Part shown: positions 49,866 through 57,496 of the stretch, piece after piece | How positions within the stretch are numbered: position 1 is the stretch's first letter | How the letters are laid out: each line of letters starts with the position of its first letter | From: Bacteroidetes bacterium UBA3022 | Lineage (GTDB): Bacteria > Bacteroidota > Bacteroidia > Chitinophagales > BACL12 | Direction: 5' to 3' | DNA: 64,000 nucleotides | Assembly: GCA_002346225.1 (NCBI GenBank) | Contig: DDYY01000068.1 | Coordinates: forward strand, 9,017 to 73,016 | The notes under the pieces: generated by a model | Seen by the model: only the letters and a program-made list of their open reading frames with translations | Told to the model about the DNA's origin: nothing | The model's database searches: none | Position numbers and translations under genes: made by a program

Positions 49866-51338
49866 TCACCCGACAGCCCTTAAAGCTGAAAGTTTGGTAT
49901 CCAGCCAGTTATCGAATCTTTGCAGTTCATGCCCGGCAGGATCCCAGAAATAATCACCTGCCCCACTTCTTAAATGCATCACGTGCTCCGGTAACATCTC
50001 TACTGTTTTTCTCCAACTGTATCCTGTTTTAATATATGTTTTAAATATTTGATGGATCAGTTTTGCCCTGGCAATATTCTCAGTTCTAAGGTCGCTTAAA
50101 AGCTTTCTGAAAGTTTCAATTCTGTAATCCAGCCAGTCATCATGGTTCATTTCCACGATACACATCATTTCCAGGATTTTAATCCCCAGCCGCCAACCTG
50201 ATTTATCCGAGAACAATTCCGTTTGTTGCTGCAGCAATGCCAGAGCTTCATCGTATTTACCTTCTGAAAAACACAGATTGGCCTGAAAGAACCCCCATTT
50301 AGATTGCATGAATTTGTTGTTCCGCATACTCTTTATCTGCAGCAATTCCTTCAAAATTTGATTGGCAGTATCGAGATGTCCCTGGTAATATTGCGCCAGG
50401 AAAAAAATGTCCTTTGCATTGGCATAGTTGGGGCTACCCAGCTTAAAGTAGCTGGCGCTCTGTGTAGCAAAAGTAGCAGCATCCTCTAATCGGTTCAAAT
50501 ACAAGGAAACCATTGCCAACTGCATATTGGCACCTCCCATGTTATCGAGCGAATACACAACCGGACTTTCTTCTATCAATTGCACGAAAGACAAACCGTG
50601 CCGGTAGGCCTCTTCATAATTTTTCCGAAGGTGATTGTAATAGATTTCACTCCTGAGGTACCAGAAACGGATTTCAATGGATTTACTTGTCTCACTCAAC
50701 TTGCGCAGCTGTCGATTGGCGGCGGCAGCCTTTTTGAGGTAAACATTCTCCTTGTTGGATTGGAAAAGGTTGGGAATTGTAAGTTGCCTCAGATAATCCT
50801 GTGCTTTGAATTTAAACTTGATGGTATCAAATTGCTCCATGCTTTCTGCGGCAAGGCGTGCGTACGTTTTGAAACCCTCGCGAATAGCTACTTTCTGTAT
50901 AAGCTGTTCGTTTACAATGATCAATTCATTCGTCAATTCATAAGACTCCGCCAGCTTCTTAGCTTTTTGAAGGCAATCGATGGCCATTTCTGTTGCACCT
51001 CGAGCTATTAAAATTTCGGATTCGGCGATTAAAAGACGGCATTCAAAGCGGGCCTTAAAAACCGGCGTTTTAAATTTTGTTCGGCGGTGTTCCCAGACTA
51101 CGAGGCGGACAAGATCATCCCGCAAGCGCTTTTTTAGCATGGAAAAAGAGGTGTCAGAGGGCTTTTTATTAAAAAAAAGTCCCGCTTCATGGTCACTTAT
51201 ACCCGGTTTGTCAAGGATAAGTAAAAATAATTTGAAGCGCATACTGCTCTGAGAACTCGACTTTAAGCTGTAGAATTTTTTGATGGTCTTTACCTCACTG
51301 GCAGAGAAAGTACTGATTAGCTGTGTAAGTTTTTCCAT
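49866..51338 (-). CDS. 490-aa all-helical, TPR-like protein of unknown function
   Basis: ATG start, no signal peptide or TM segment. Contains repeated helical-hairpin segments with TPR-like small/large residue spacing (..KNYEEAYRHGLSFVQLIE.., ..LNRLEDAATFATQSASYF.., ..EGKYDEALALLQQQTELF..). Confidence 0.6.
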   Translation of the reverse strand: MEKLTQLISTFSASEVKTIKKFYSLKSSSQSSMRFKLFLLILDKPGISDHEAGLFFNKKPSDTSFSMLKKRLRDDLVRLVVWEHRRTKFKTPVFKARFECRLLIAESEILIARGATEMAIDCLQKAKKLAESYELTNELIIVNEQLIQKVAIREGFKTYARLAAESMEQFDTIKFKFKAQDYLRQLTIPNLFQSNKENVYLKKAAAANRQLRKLSETSKSIEIRFWYLRSEIYYNHLRKNYEEAYRHGLSFVQLIEESPVVYSLDNMGGANMQLAMVSLYLNRLEDAATFATQSASYFKLGSPNYANAKDIFFLAQYYQGHLDTANQILKELLQIKSMRNNKFMQSKWGFFQANLCFSEGKYDEALALLQQQTELFSDKSGWRLGIKILEMMCIVEMNHDDWLDYRIETFRKLLSDLRTENIARAKLIHQIFKTYIKTGYSWRKTVEMLPEHVMHLRSGAGDYFWDPAGHELQRFDNWLDTKLSALRAVG

Positions 51339-51534
51339 ATATGTGTAAGTGGTCCTGACAGTCCCCCGCCATACTTTTACATCAGATTCATAACACTAAA
51401 ATGATAATAATTCAAAACAAATTTTGGTGGATGTTTCAAAAAAAAATAAATATTGACAGGAAATTATTTGCACATTTCCACAATTGGGTATAGTTTCGTT
51501 GTCACTTTTACTAACCATTTGAAAAAATACAATT

Positions 51535-51681
51535 ATGGCTATTCTACTTACAATCCTGATGTCTTTGGGTTTAATTTCTAACTCAAATGTAAACAATCAC
51601 ACTGCAGCTGACGCAAGAGACAATGTAAATTATGCTGGTGACTATGGTTCTGGCAACTGGGAATGGGACAACTCTAACTGA
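51535..51681 (+). CDS. unannotated 48-codon ORF: hydrophobic N-terminus, N/D/G/W-rich C-terminus
   Basis: ATG..TGA read directly: MAILLTILMSLGLISNSNVNNHTAADARDNVNYAGDYGSGNWEWDNSN. A-rich pre-ATG context (gaaaaaatacaatt). Divergent from the TPR-like gene, 196 bp away. Followed by the hairpin CAGTCTT-cctaa-AAGACTG (51718..51736). Confidence 0.4.
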   Translation: MAILLTILMSLGLISNSNVNNHTAADARDNVNYAGDYGSGNWEWDNSN

Positions 51682-51767
51682 TTCTCTCCCCAATAAATAG
51701 GCAAATCTGCCCTAACGCAGTCTTCCTAAAAGACTGATGTTCATGTGAGATATTACACTAGATTGAA

Positions 51768-51789
51768 CTGACAATCAATTGATTTTCAG
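51768..51789. promoter_or_regulatory. 22-bp near-perfect palindrome CTGAcAATCAATTGATTtTCAG (candidate operator)
   Basis: The 12-bp core AATCAATTGATT (51773..51784) is a perfect palindrome, and the outer CTGA/TCAG arms also pair; there is one mismatched pair. Confidence 0.4.
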
Positions 51790-51869
51790 ATGGTTATTTC
51801 TTTGCTTACACTCAAAAGCAGTGTGAGTCACTCCTGTTTTGTTCCTTGCTCCCCCTTATAGAGTGTATG

Positions 51870-51973
51870 ATCTTAGCATTGCAAAACAAAAACGGGACAT
51901 ATGCAACTATTTCCAGTTCAATATTCATCTTAGCAATCTTAGCATTGCAAAACAAAAACGGGACATATGCAAC
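51870..51973 (+). repeat. 38-bp perfect direct repeat (51870..51907 and 51936..51973), 66-bp period
   Basis: ATCTTAGCATTGCAAAACAAAAACGGGACATATGCAAC occurs twice. A third partial copy ATCTTAGCA (51927..51935) abuts copy 2. Copy 2 carries the ATG of the 139-aa ORF; copy 1 carries an ATG opening a 10-codon ORF (51901..51933, MQLFPVQYSS). Confidence 0.9.
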
Positions 51974-52386
51974 ACACATTACACACCAACGAAAGTATAC
52001 AGGTAGATATGCTTAACCCTCTCAAGTCTACTCTGAAGAACAGCTTCCCTGCAAAAGATGGCTGGAAGCTGTACAACAGGTACAACTGGTCATCCAAAGT
52101 GTATGACTACGTCCTGCAAAAGGAGGAAAACAACTCCATTTACAGGATTCTAGTAGAAATTAACTTTGGTGACCAGGTGACCGCCTGTGAAATGGACAAA
52201 CTGGCTTCCTTAAGTAGCCGCCTAAATACAAGCGATATAGCAGCTATGCGGACAGTTTTGGTTGTTCATGATAAGGTTGAAATTGAAAAGATACCTGCCG
52301 GAATTGAAATCATGGATATCAGCACGCTGTTCAGTAACGGCATTATGAATATCAATTCAGGTATGAATTCCAATATGGTAGCCTGA
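51967..52386 (+). CDS. 139-aa orphan protein of unknown function
   Basis: ATG start inside repeat copy 2. No signal peptide or TM segment, and no motif I can assign with confidence. Confidence 0.5.
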   Translation: MQHTLHTNESIQVDMLNPLKSTLKNSFPAKDGWKLYNRYNWSSKVYDYVLQKEENNSIYRILVEINFGDQVTACEMDKLASLSSRLNTSDIAAMRTVLVVHDKVEIEKIPAGIEIMDISTLFSNGIMNINSGMNSNMVA

Positions 52387-52449
52387 TCGTACCGTTACGA
52401 GCAAAATTGTATCACCTATATATAAAGTAGTAAAACCGGATCAACCCGC

Positions 52450-53661
52450 TTACTTCAGAATATCATGACCCATCTTGTCCCGTTTGGTCATCAGATATTT
52501 CTCATTATGCGGGTTCGGCTTCATTTCAATACCAACATTCTGCACTATTTCCAGGCCGTACCCTTTAAGGGCAACGCGTTTCTTAGGATTATTCGTTATC
52601 AATCTAATCTTGGAAACCCCTAAATCACGCAGGATTTGAGCCCCTACTCCATAGTCACGCTGATCCATGCTGAAGCCCAACTCCAGATTAGCCTCCACCG
52701 TATCTCTGCCAGACTCTTGTAATTCATACGCTTTCAGCTTGTTCAGCAAGCCGATGCCCCTGCCCTCCTGTTGCATATAGAGTAACACGCCGGTGCCATT
52801 TTGATCAATCATTTCCATGGCCGCATGCAATTGCTCACCGCAATCACAACGTAGCGAACCGAGAACATCCCCTGTCGCACAGCTGGAGTGAACGCGCACC
52901 ATTACTGGTTCATTCTCTTTCCAGTCGCCCTTTACAAGCGCCATATGGATTTCACCGGTAGTTATCTGCGAATAGGCATGCAGTTTAAAATCACCATATT
53001 TGGTAGGCAGATCCACAACGGATTCCTTTTTGATAAGTGTCTCTTTTTCAAGTCGATATGCCACCAAGTCACGAATGGAGATAATCTTTAAGTCAAACCG
53101 CTCCGCAACCTTAATCAGGTCAGGAAGCCGCGCCATCGTACCATCCTCATTCATAATCTCCACCAGTACCCCTGCAGGTTCAAATCCTGCCAAACGGGCC
53201 AGGTCAATGGTTGCTTCGGTATGTCCGGTTCTTCGTAAAACACCACCACGCTTTGCCTTGAGGGGAAATATATGTCCCGGACGTGCAAAGTCATCGGCCT
53301 TCATATTAGGGTCAATCAATGCCTGAATAGTCAAGGAACGATCATTGGCAGAAATTCCCGTAGTGCAACCATGTCCGTTCAAATCAATAGAAACGGTGAA
53401 CTGCGTCTCGTGTAAGGCCGTGTTATTATTGACCATCAAATCAAGACCCAGCTCATCGCAGCGATCTTCCACCAATGGCGCGCATATCAAACCCCTTCCA
53501 TGAGTAGCCATGAAGTTGATAATTTCAGGAGTGACGTTTCGGGCGGCAGTAATGAAGTCTCCCTCATTTTCGCGGTCCTTATCATCCACCACAATAATCA
53601 GCTTTCCATTTCTGATGTCCTCAATAGCCGATTCAATCGTATTCAGTTCAAAATTTTCCAT
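52450..53661 (-). CDS. ribBA: bifunctional 3,4-dihydroxy-2-butanone-4-phosphate synthase / GTP cyclohydrolase II
   Basis: 403 aa. DRENEGD (DHBPS) and [16 protein letters not shown] (GCH II). Confidence 0.95.
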   Translation of the reverse strand: MENFELNTIESAIEDIRNGKLIIVVDDKDRENEGDFITAARNVTPEIINFMATHGRGLICAPLVEDRCDELGLDLMVNNNTALHETQFTVSIDLNGHGCTTGISANDRSLTIQALIDPNMKADDFARPGHIFPLKAKRGGVLRRTGHTEATIDLARLAGFEPAGVLVEIMNEDGTMARLPDLIKVAERFDLKIISIRDLVAYRLEKETLIKKESVVDLPTKYGDFKLHAYSQITTGEIHMALVKGDWKENEPVMVRVHSSCATGDVLGSLRCDCGEQLHAAMEMIDQNGTGVLLYMQQEGRGIGLLNKLKAYELQESGRDTVEANLELGFSMDQRDYGVGAQILRDLGVSKIRLITNNPKKRVALKGYGLEIVQNVGIEMKPNPHNEKYLMTKRDKMGHDILK

Positions 53662-54841
53662 TTTCCTGGTCTATGTTTCTTACGGTTGGATTCCAGGCGC
53701 TGGTTTTAATCCCCTTCCAGTAGCGCACTAATCCAATTAATAATGCTGCGTTCATGCTATAGAAGTAAGCAATTAAACGCAGTGCAAAGTTATGCATATT
53801 CAAACGCTTCAATCCTGCATCTATGAGCGGAGTTGCAAATCCCGCTAGCTGAAGGAAAAACGCTATCCTGTAAAATAAGTTCTCCCTCAATAGAAATGCA
53901 GTCGCGATAAATGTGAACACAAGCAGAAACGGCCCCATCCATCGTATTACCTTATGGGATAGAAAACTGAAGCCAAGCGGTTTCCAGGGTGGCCAAAGCA
54001 GATGTGCAAAGACATTTAAATTTTGATAGTTTCCTGCCGATATGCGGATTTTTCGCTTGAATTCCTCTGCCAATAGGTTAGATACGTCCTCTTTTGCTAC
54101 TGCACGCAGGTCACAAACGCAATCATAACCCCTCTCCAAAACTGACAGAGAAATATAGAAGTCTTCCATCAAAAAATTGGGCGGAATAGCTACAAACAGT
54201 TCCTTTCTGATGGCATAGCATGCACCAAAGGCCCCCATCATAGTGCCCCATATAATTCCTTCTCTGTATTTAATGATATTCTCGCGCTGAATGTAGGCCT
54301 CTTCCTGAAAGGAGATGCCATCGACCTGCATACCCGTATTTACGATATTGGCACTTACCAATCCCACTTTCTCATGCTGCATGCAATCCACCAGCCTTCG
54401 AATCATATCCGGCTCAAAAAGGATATTGGCATCTGTTGGAATAAATATGCTTCCCTGAGCAAGGGGATAGAGCTGATTCAATATGCCTGACTTTCCTGTC
54501 CTTCCGCCAAACTCCCGGAATACAATATTGTGCCCTTTATCAATAAATGTCTGAATGATTGAATTGGTAGCATCTGTACTTGCATCACTTCCTACGACAA
54601 GTTCCAGTCGGTCGGCAGGGTATGCCGATTGAAATATGCTGTTGATTTTGGCTTCCAGCACCTTTTCTTCGTTATATGCTGCCATCAGGACACTTACAAA
54701 AGGCAGGTCCTCCTCCCGGAGCGCATTCCCGGCAGGCAATGATTTCCCTCTACTCCACCATTGCAATAGCCATGGATACAGGATATAGCTGTGAAAAAGC
54801 AGTAATACAGGAATCCAGAACAGTATCTCCCACACCATCAT
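53648..54841 (-). CDS. membrane-embedded GT2 glycosyltransferase (processive-synthase-like)
   Basis: 397 aa. N-terminal TM, GT-A core ([25 protein letters not shown]), a [10 protein letters not shown] segment in the place of Q(R/Q)xRW, and C-terminal TM helices. Confidence 0.8.
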   Translation of the reverse strand: MMVWEILFWIPVLLLFHSYILYPWLLQWWSRGKSLPAGNALREEDLPFVSVLMAAYNEEKVLEAKINSIFQSAYPADRLELVVGSDASTDATNSIIQTFIDKGHNIVFREFGGRTGKSGILNQLYPLAQGSIFIPTDANILFEPDMIRRLVDCMQHEKVGLVSANIVNTGMQVDGISFQEEAYIQRENIIKYREGIIWGTMMGAFGACYAIRKELFVAIPPNFLMEDFYISLSVLERGYDCVCDLRAVAKEDVSNLLAEEFKRKIRISAGNYQNLNVFAHLLWPPWKPLGFSFLSHKVIRWMGPFLLVFTFIATAFLLRENLFYRIAFFLQLAGFATPLIDAGLKRLNMHNFALRLIAYFYSMNAALLIGLVRYWKGIKTSAWNPTVRNIDQENGKF

Positions 54842-56031
54842 CTATCACTCCATTGGGTTATACATTGCAACAGTGTTGCCTGCACTGCTGATGCAGAAAG
54901 GTCCTTCCTCACAAATGCCCGCAGTTGCTCAGCCTGTGCCCGCGCCTTATCGGGTTCTTGCAAACAGGCAATTGTTACTGCAGCCAATTCTTTACTGGTG
55001 TTGCCCACTTGTAAAAGCGCTGCAGCCCCTTCCGGTAAACCCTCTGCGCCAACAGGTGTAGTAACAACCGGTATACCGGCTGCAATGGCTTCTACTACTT
55101 TTATTTTCAGGCCACTACCTGCCCACAGTGGGACCACAACAACCGCGTATTGCTGCATAAATGCATGAGCATTCTCTACCTCTCCATGCCAGATAACTCC
55201 CGGAGGAAGTACCGCAGGCCAGTTATCAGGAGCGTGTCTGCCGGCGATATGTAACGTAGCTTCCGGCATAGCCTCCACCACACCGGGCCAGGCATCCTGA
55301 AGGTACCGTTCCAGTCCGTTACGATTTGGCAACCAGTCCAGTGCTCCAATAAATGCAGCACTGGTGGGAATAGGACCAGAGTTGCTTTCCGGAATTGCAG
55401 GCATGCTCACCGGTAAATACGACACAGAAAATCGCGGATTCCACTTGCTGTAGGTGTCTGCATCATCTCTGGATATAGCTAATACCGCATCGGCCGTGTC
55501 GAAGTTCTCGCGCTCCCACCTCCACAATCGCCTGCCTTGCAGATTATAATACCAGCGAAAAAACAAGCCTTTGCTGGAGCCGGACAATCGTTGCCAAATA
55601 AGTCCTTCCACATTATGACTTCGGTAGATGACCCGGGCCTTACTGGCCTTTCGGATAATCGGTAAATATGACAACAGCACAAGCCCCTCCAGTTGAATAA
55701 TATCGAAATCACTACTGCTCAGAAGCGCCTCCAGGGCCTTGGCAAAAGACGGCTGATAAAAGCGTTCTACATGGATGGGTTGCCGGGAAAATAAGTTGGA
55801 AAAATAACGCCAACGTGGGCTTTCCATGGCCACGTTTACCACATGAAATGATACATGGCTGTAGCTCTCGGGAATATTTTCTGTGCCATAGGGATGTTTA
55901 GGCGTTTGCATGCTCATCACCGTCAGGGTCGCACCGATAGCTTTGTAATGATCCAGCATATTGGTCAGTGCGATGGTTTCACCGTCACGGGCCGGAAAAG
56001 GCAATTTCTTGGTAATGAGGAGCACTCGCAT
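54838..56031 (-). CDS. GT4-family glycosyltransferase
   Basis: The track start is a TTG at 56043; the ATG at 56031 gives MRVLLITKKLPFP. C-terminal motif GSGLKIKVVEAIAAGIPVVTTPVGAEGL. ATGA overlap with the GT2 gene. Confidence 0.85.
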   Translation of the reverse strand: MRVLLITKKLPFPARDGETIALTNMLDHYKAIGATLTVMSMQTPKHPYGTENIPESYSHVSFHVVNVAMESPRWRYFSNLFSRQPIHVERFYQPSFAKALEALLSSSDFDIIQLEGLVLLSYLPIIRKASKARVIYRSHNVEGLIWQRLSGSSKGLFFRWYYNLQGRRLWRWERENFDTADAVLAISRDDADTYSKWNPRFSVSYLPVSMPAIPESNSGPIPTSAAFIGALDWLPNRNGLERYLQDAWPGVVEAMPEATLHIAGRHAPDNWPAVLPPGVIWHGEVENAHAFMQQYAVVVVPLWAGSGLKIKVVEAIAAGIPVVTTPVGAEGLPEGAAALLQVGNTSKELAAVTIACLQEPDKARAQAEQLRAFVRKDLSASAVQATLLQCITQWSDR

Positions 56032-56094
56032 GGCGAAAGGCAAAGTTACAACTTCACAACAAGGCCGATTTATTTAATTTTACACCCATCGATT

Positions 56095-56835
56095 ATGTAC
56101 CAAGGGAAAAAAATAGTGGTGGTTTTACCCGCCTACAACGCAGCGCTCACTTTAGAAAAGACCTATAAAGAGATACCTTTTGATATTGTGGATGATGTAG
56201 TACTGGTAGATGATGCCAGTAGCGATGAGACAGCTGTGGTAGGTAAAAAGATAGGCATTAAGCATGTCCTGGTACACGAACAAAATAAGGGTTATGGCGG
56301 CAATCAGAAAACATGCTACAACAAGGCTATGGAACTGGAGGCTGATATAGTCATTATGTTGCATCCCGATTATCAATACACTCCCAGACTGATTACTGCT
56401 ATGGCCAGTATCATAGCGCATGATCTGTATCCGGTGGTACTGGGCTCCCGCATTCTGGGCAAAGGCGCATTAAGAGGTGGAATGCCACTTTATAAATACA
56501 TAGCTAACCGCTTGCTGACCCTCACCCAAAACTGGTTGATGAACCAAAAACTTTCGGAATACCATACCGGATACCGGGCTTTTTCTTCTGAAGTACTCAA
56601 AGCGGTAGATTTCAATGCCAATTCAGATGATTTTGTGTTCGACAACCAGATGCTGGCGCAGATTTTCTACAAAGGATATGAAATTGGCGAAGTAACCTGC
56701 CCCACCAAATATTTTGATGAGGCTTCCTCTATCAACTTTAGCAGATCGGTGCGCTACGGGTTAGGTGTTCTCGCTACGGCATGGCAATACCGCCTCAACA
56801 AGTGGGGTGTAATAAAGTCAGCTATTTTTTCCTGA
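56095..56835 (+). CDS. GT2 glycosyltransferase (polyprenol-phosphate sugar transferase-like)
   Basis: The first 80 codons of the track ORF (from 55855) overlap the divergent GT4 gene. The ATG at 56095 gives MYQGKKIVVVLPAYNAALTLEKTY, followed by VLVDDASSDET. Confidence 0.85.
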   Translation: MYQGKKIVVVLPAYNAALTLEKTYKEIPFDIVDDVVLVDDASSDETAVVGKKIGIKHVLVHEQNKGYGGNQKTCYNKAMELEADIVIMLHPDYQYTPRLITAMASIIAHDLYPVVLGSRILGKGALRGGMPLYKYIANRLLTLTQNWLMNQKLSEYHTGYRAFSSEVLKAVDFNANSDDFVFDNQMLAQIFYKGYEIGEVTCPTKYFDEASSINFSRSVRYGLGVLATAWQYRLNKWGVIKSAIFS

Positions 56836-57496
56836 AAGCCGCTGTAACCGGACGATTCCACCATCCCTGTTGCAAAGTCTTGTTGTTCCGGAATCCCAGG
56901 TAAATCAAAAAGGAAATTCCGCTTCCAATGGTCGCACCCAGGAGTACATCCTCCAGAAAATGCTGCATGAGGTAAATCCTGGATAAGCCGACCAGTATTG
57001 CTGTCGCACCATACATCCATCCACTTATCTTATTCCCGGAAAATAAAGCCAGCAGCGTATATACTCCAAATGCTGCAGCTGTATGACCACTTGGAAATCC
57101 AAAATGCTGGTACAATTTCACACCCTCTACATACTGAAGGGACAAATCCTGAAATACCAGTGAAGGACGCGGATGATTGTAAAAATGTTTGAGCCACTGT
57201 ATGACAGCTGTATTCAGTACCATAGCTACCAACATTAAAAACGCATACCTGCAGCGCACAAAGAGCAGGAGCAAAATAATAATTCCGACCAACACACCAT
57301 CGCCCAGGTAAGTGGCAAACCGGAAAAAAACATCGCCGAATGCTGTGTGCTGGGCATTCATCCATAAGGAAAAATCTGTACTACCCACGACCAGTTCCAG
57401 CATGATTCCGGCACTGAGAAAAAGTACCAACAGCCCGAAAAACTGTTTGTTATACTTTACTTCCTGAACAATCGCAAGGGCCATAGCTTTTTCCAT
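56822..57496 (-). CDS. PAP2-family phosphatase (membrane)
   Basis: 224 aa. Motifs KHFYNHPRP, PSGHTAAAF and SRIYLMQHFLEDV (the three acid-phosphatase motifs). Confidence 0.8.
   Translation of the reverse strand: MEKAMALAIVQEVKYNKQFFGLLVLFLSAGIMLELVVGSTDFSLWMNAQHTAFGDVFFRFATYLGDGVLVGIIILLLLFVRCRYAFLMLVAMVLNTAVIQWLKHFYNHPRPSLVFQDLSLQYVEGVKLYQHFGFPSGHTAAAFGVYTLLALFSGNKISGWMYGATAILVGLSRIYLMQHFLEDVLLGATIGSGISFLIYLGFRNNKTLQQGWWNRPVTAAFRKK

Noticed and set aside
51396-51596. 66-aa minus-strand ORF in the TPR/mini-ORF intergenic region
   Set aside because: Its sequence is not protein-like (MFTFELEIKPKDIRIVSRIAIIVFF..), and it overlaps the more plausible plus-strand 48-codon ORF and the promoter region.
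51790-51861. 23-codon ORF (MVISLLTLKSSVSHSCFVPCSPL) abutting the palindrome
   Set aside because: It is too short and featureless to support. It is mentioned only as context for the palindrome.
51870-51973. Possible CRISPR array
   Set aside because: There are only two full copies, no cas genes, and a 28-nt spacer that itself contains a partial repeat. Copy 2 overlaps a coding start. This is a tandem duplication or regulatory repeat, not CRISPR.
55855-56094. 80-codon N-terminal extension of the GT2 ORF
   Set aside because: It overlaps the divergent GT4 gene and starts at a non-canonical position. The GT2 fold begins right after the ATG at 56095 (MYQGKKIVVVLPAYN).
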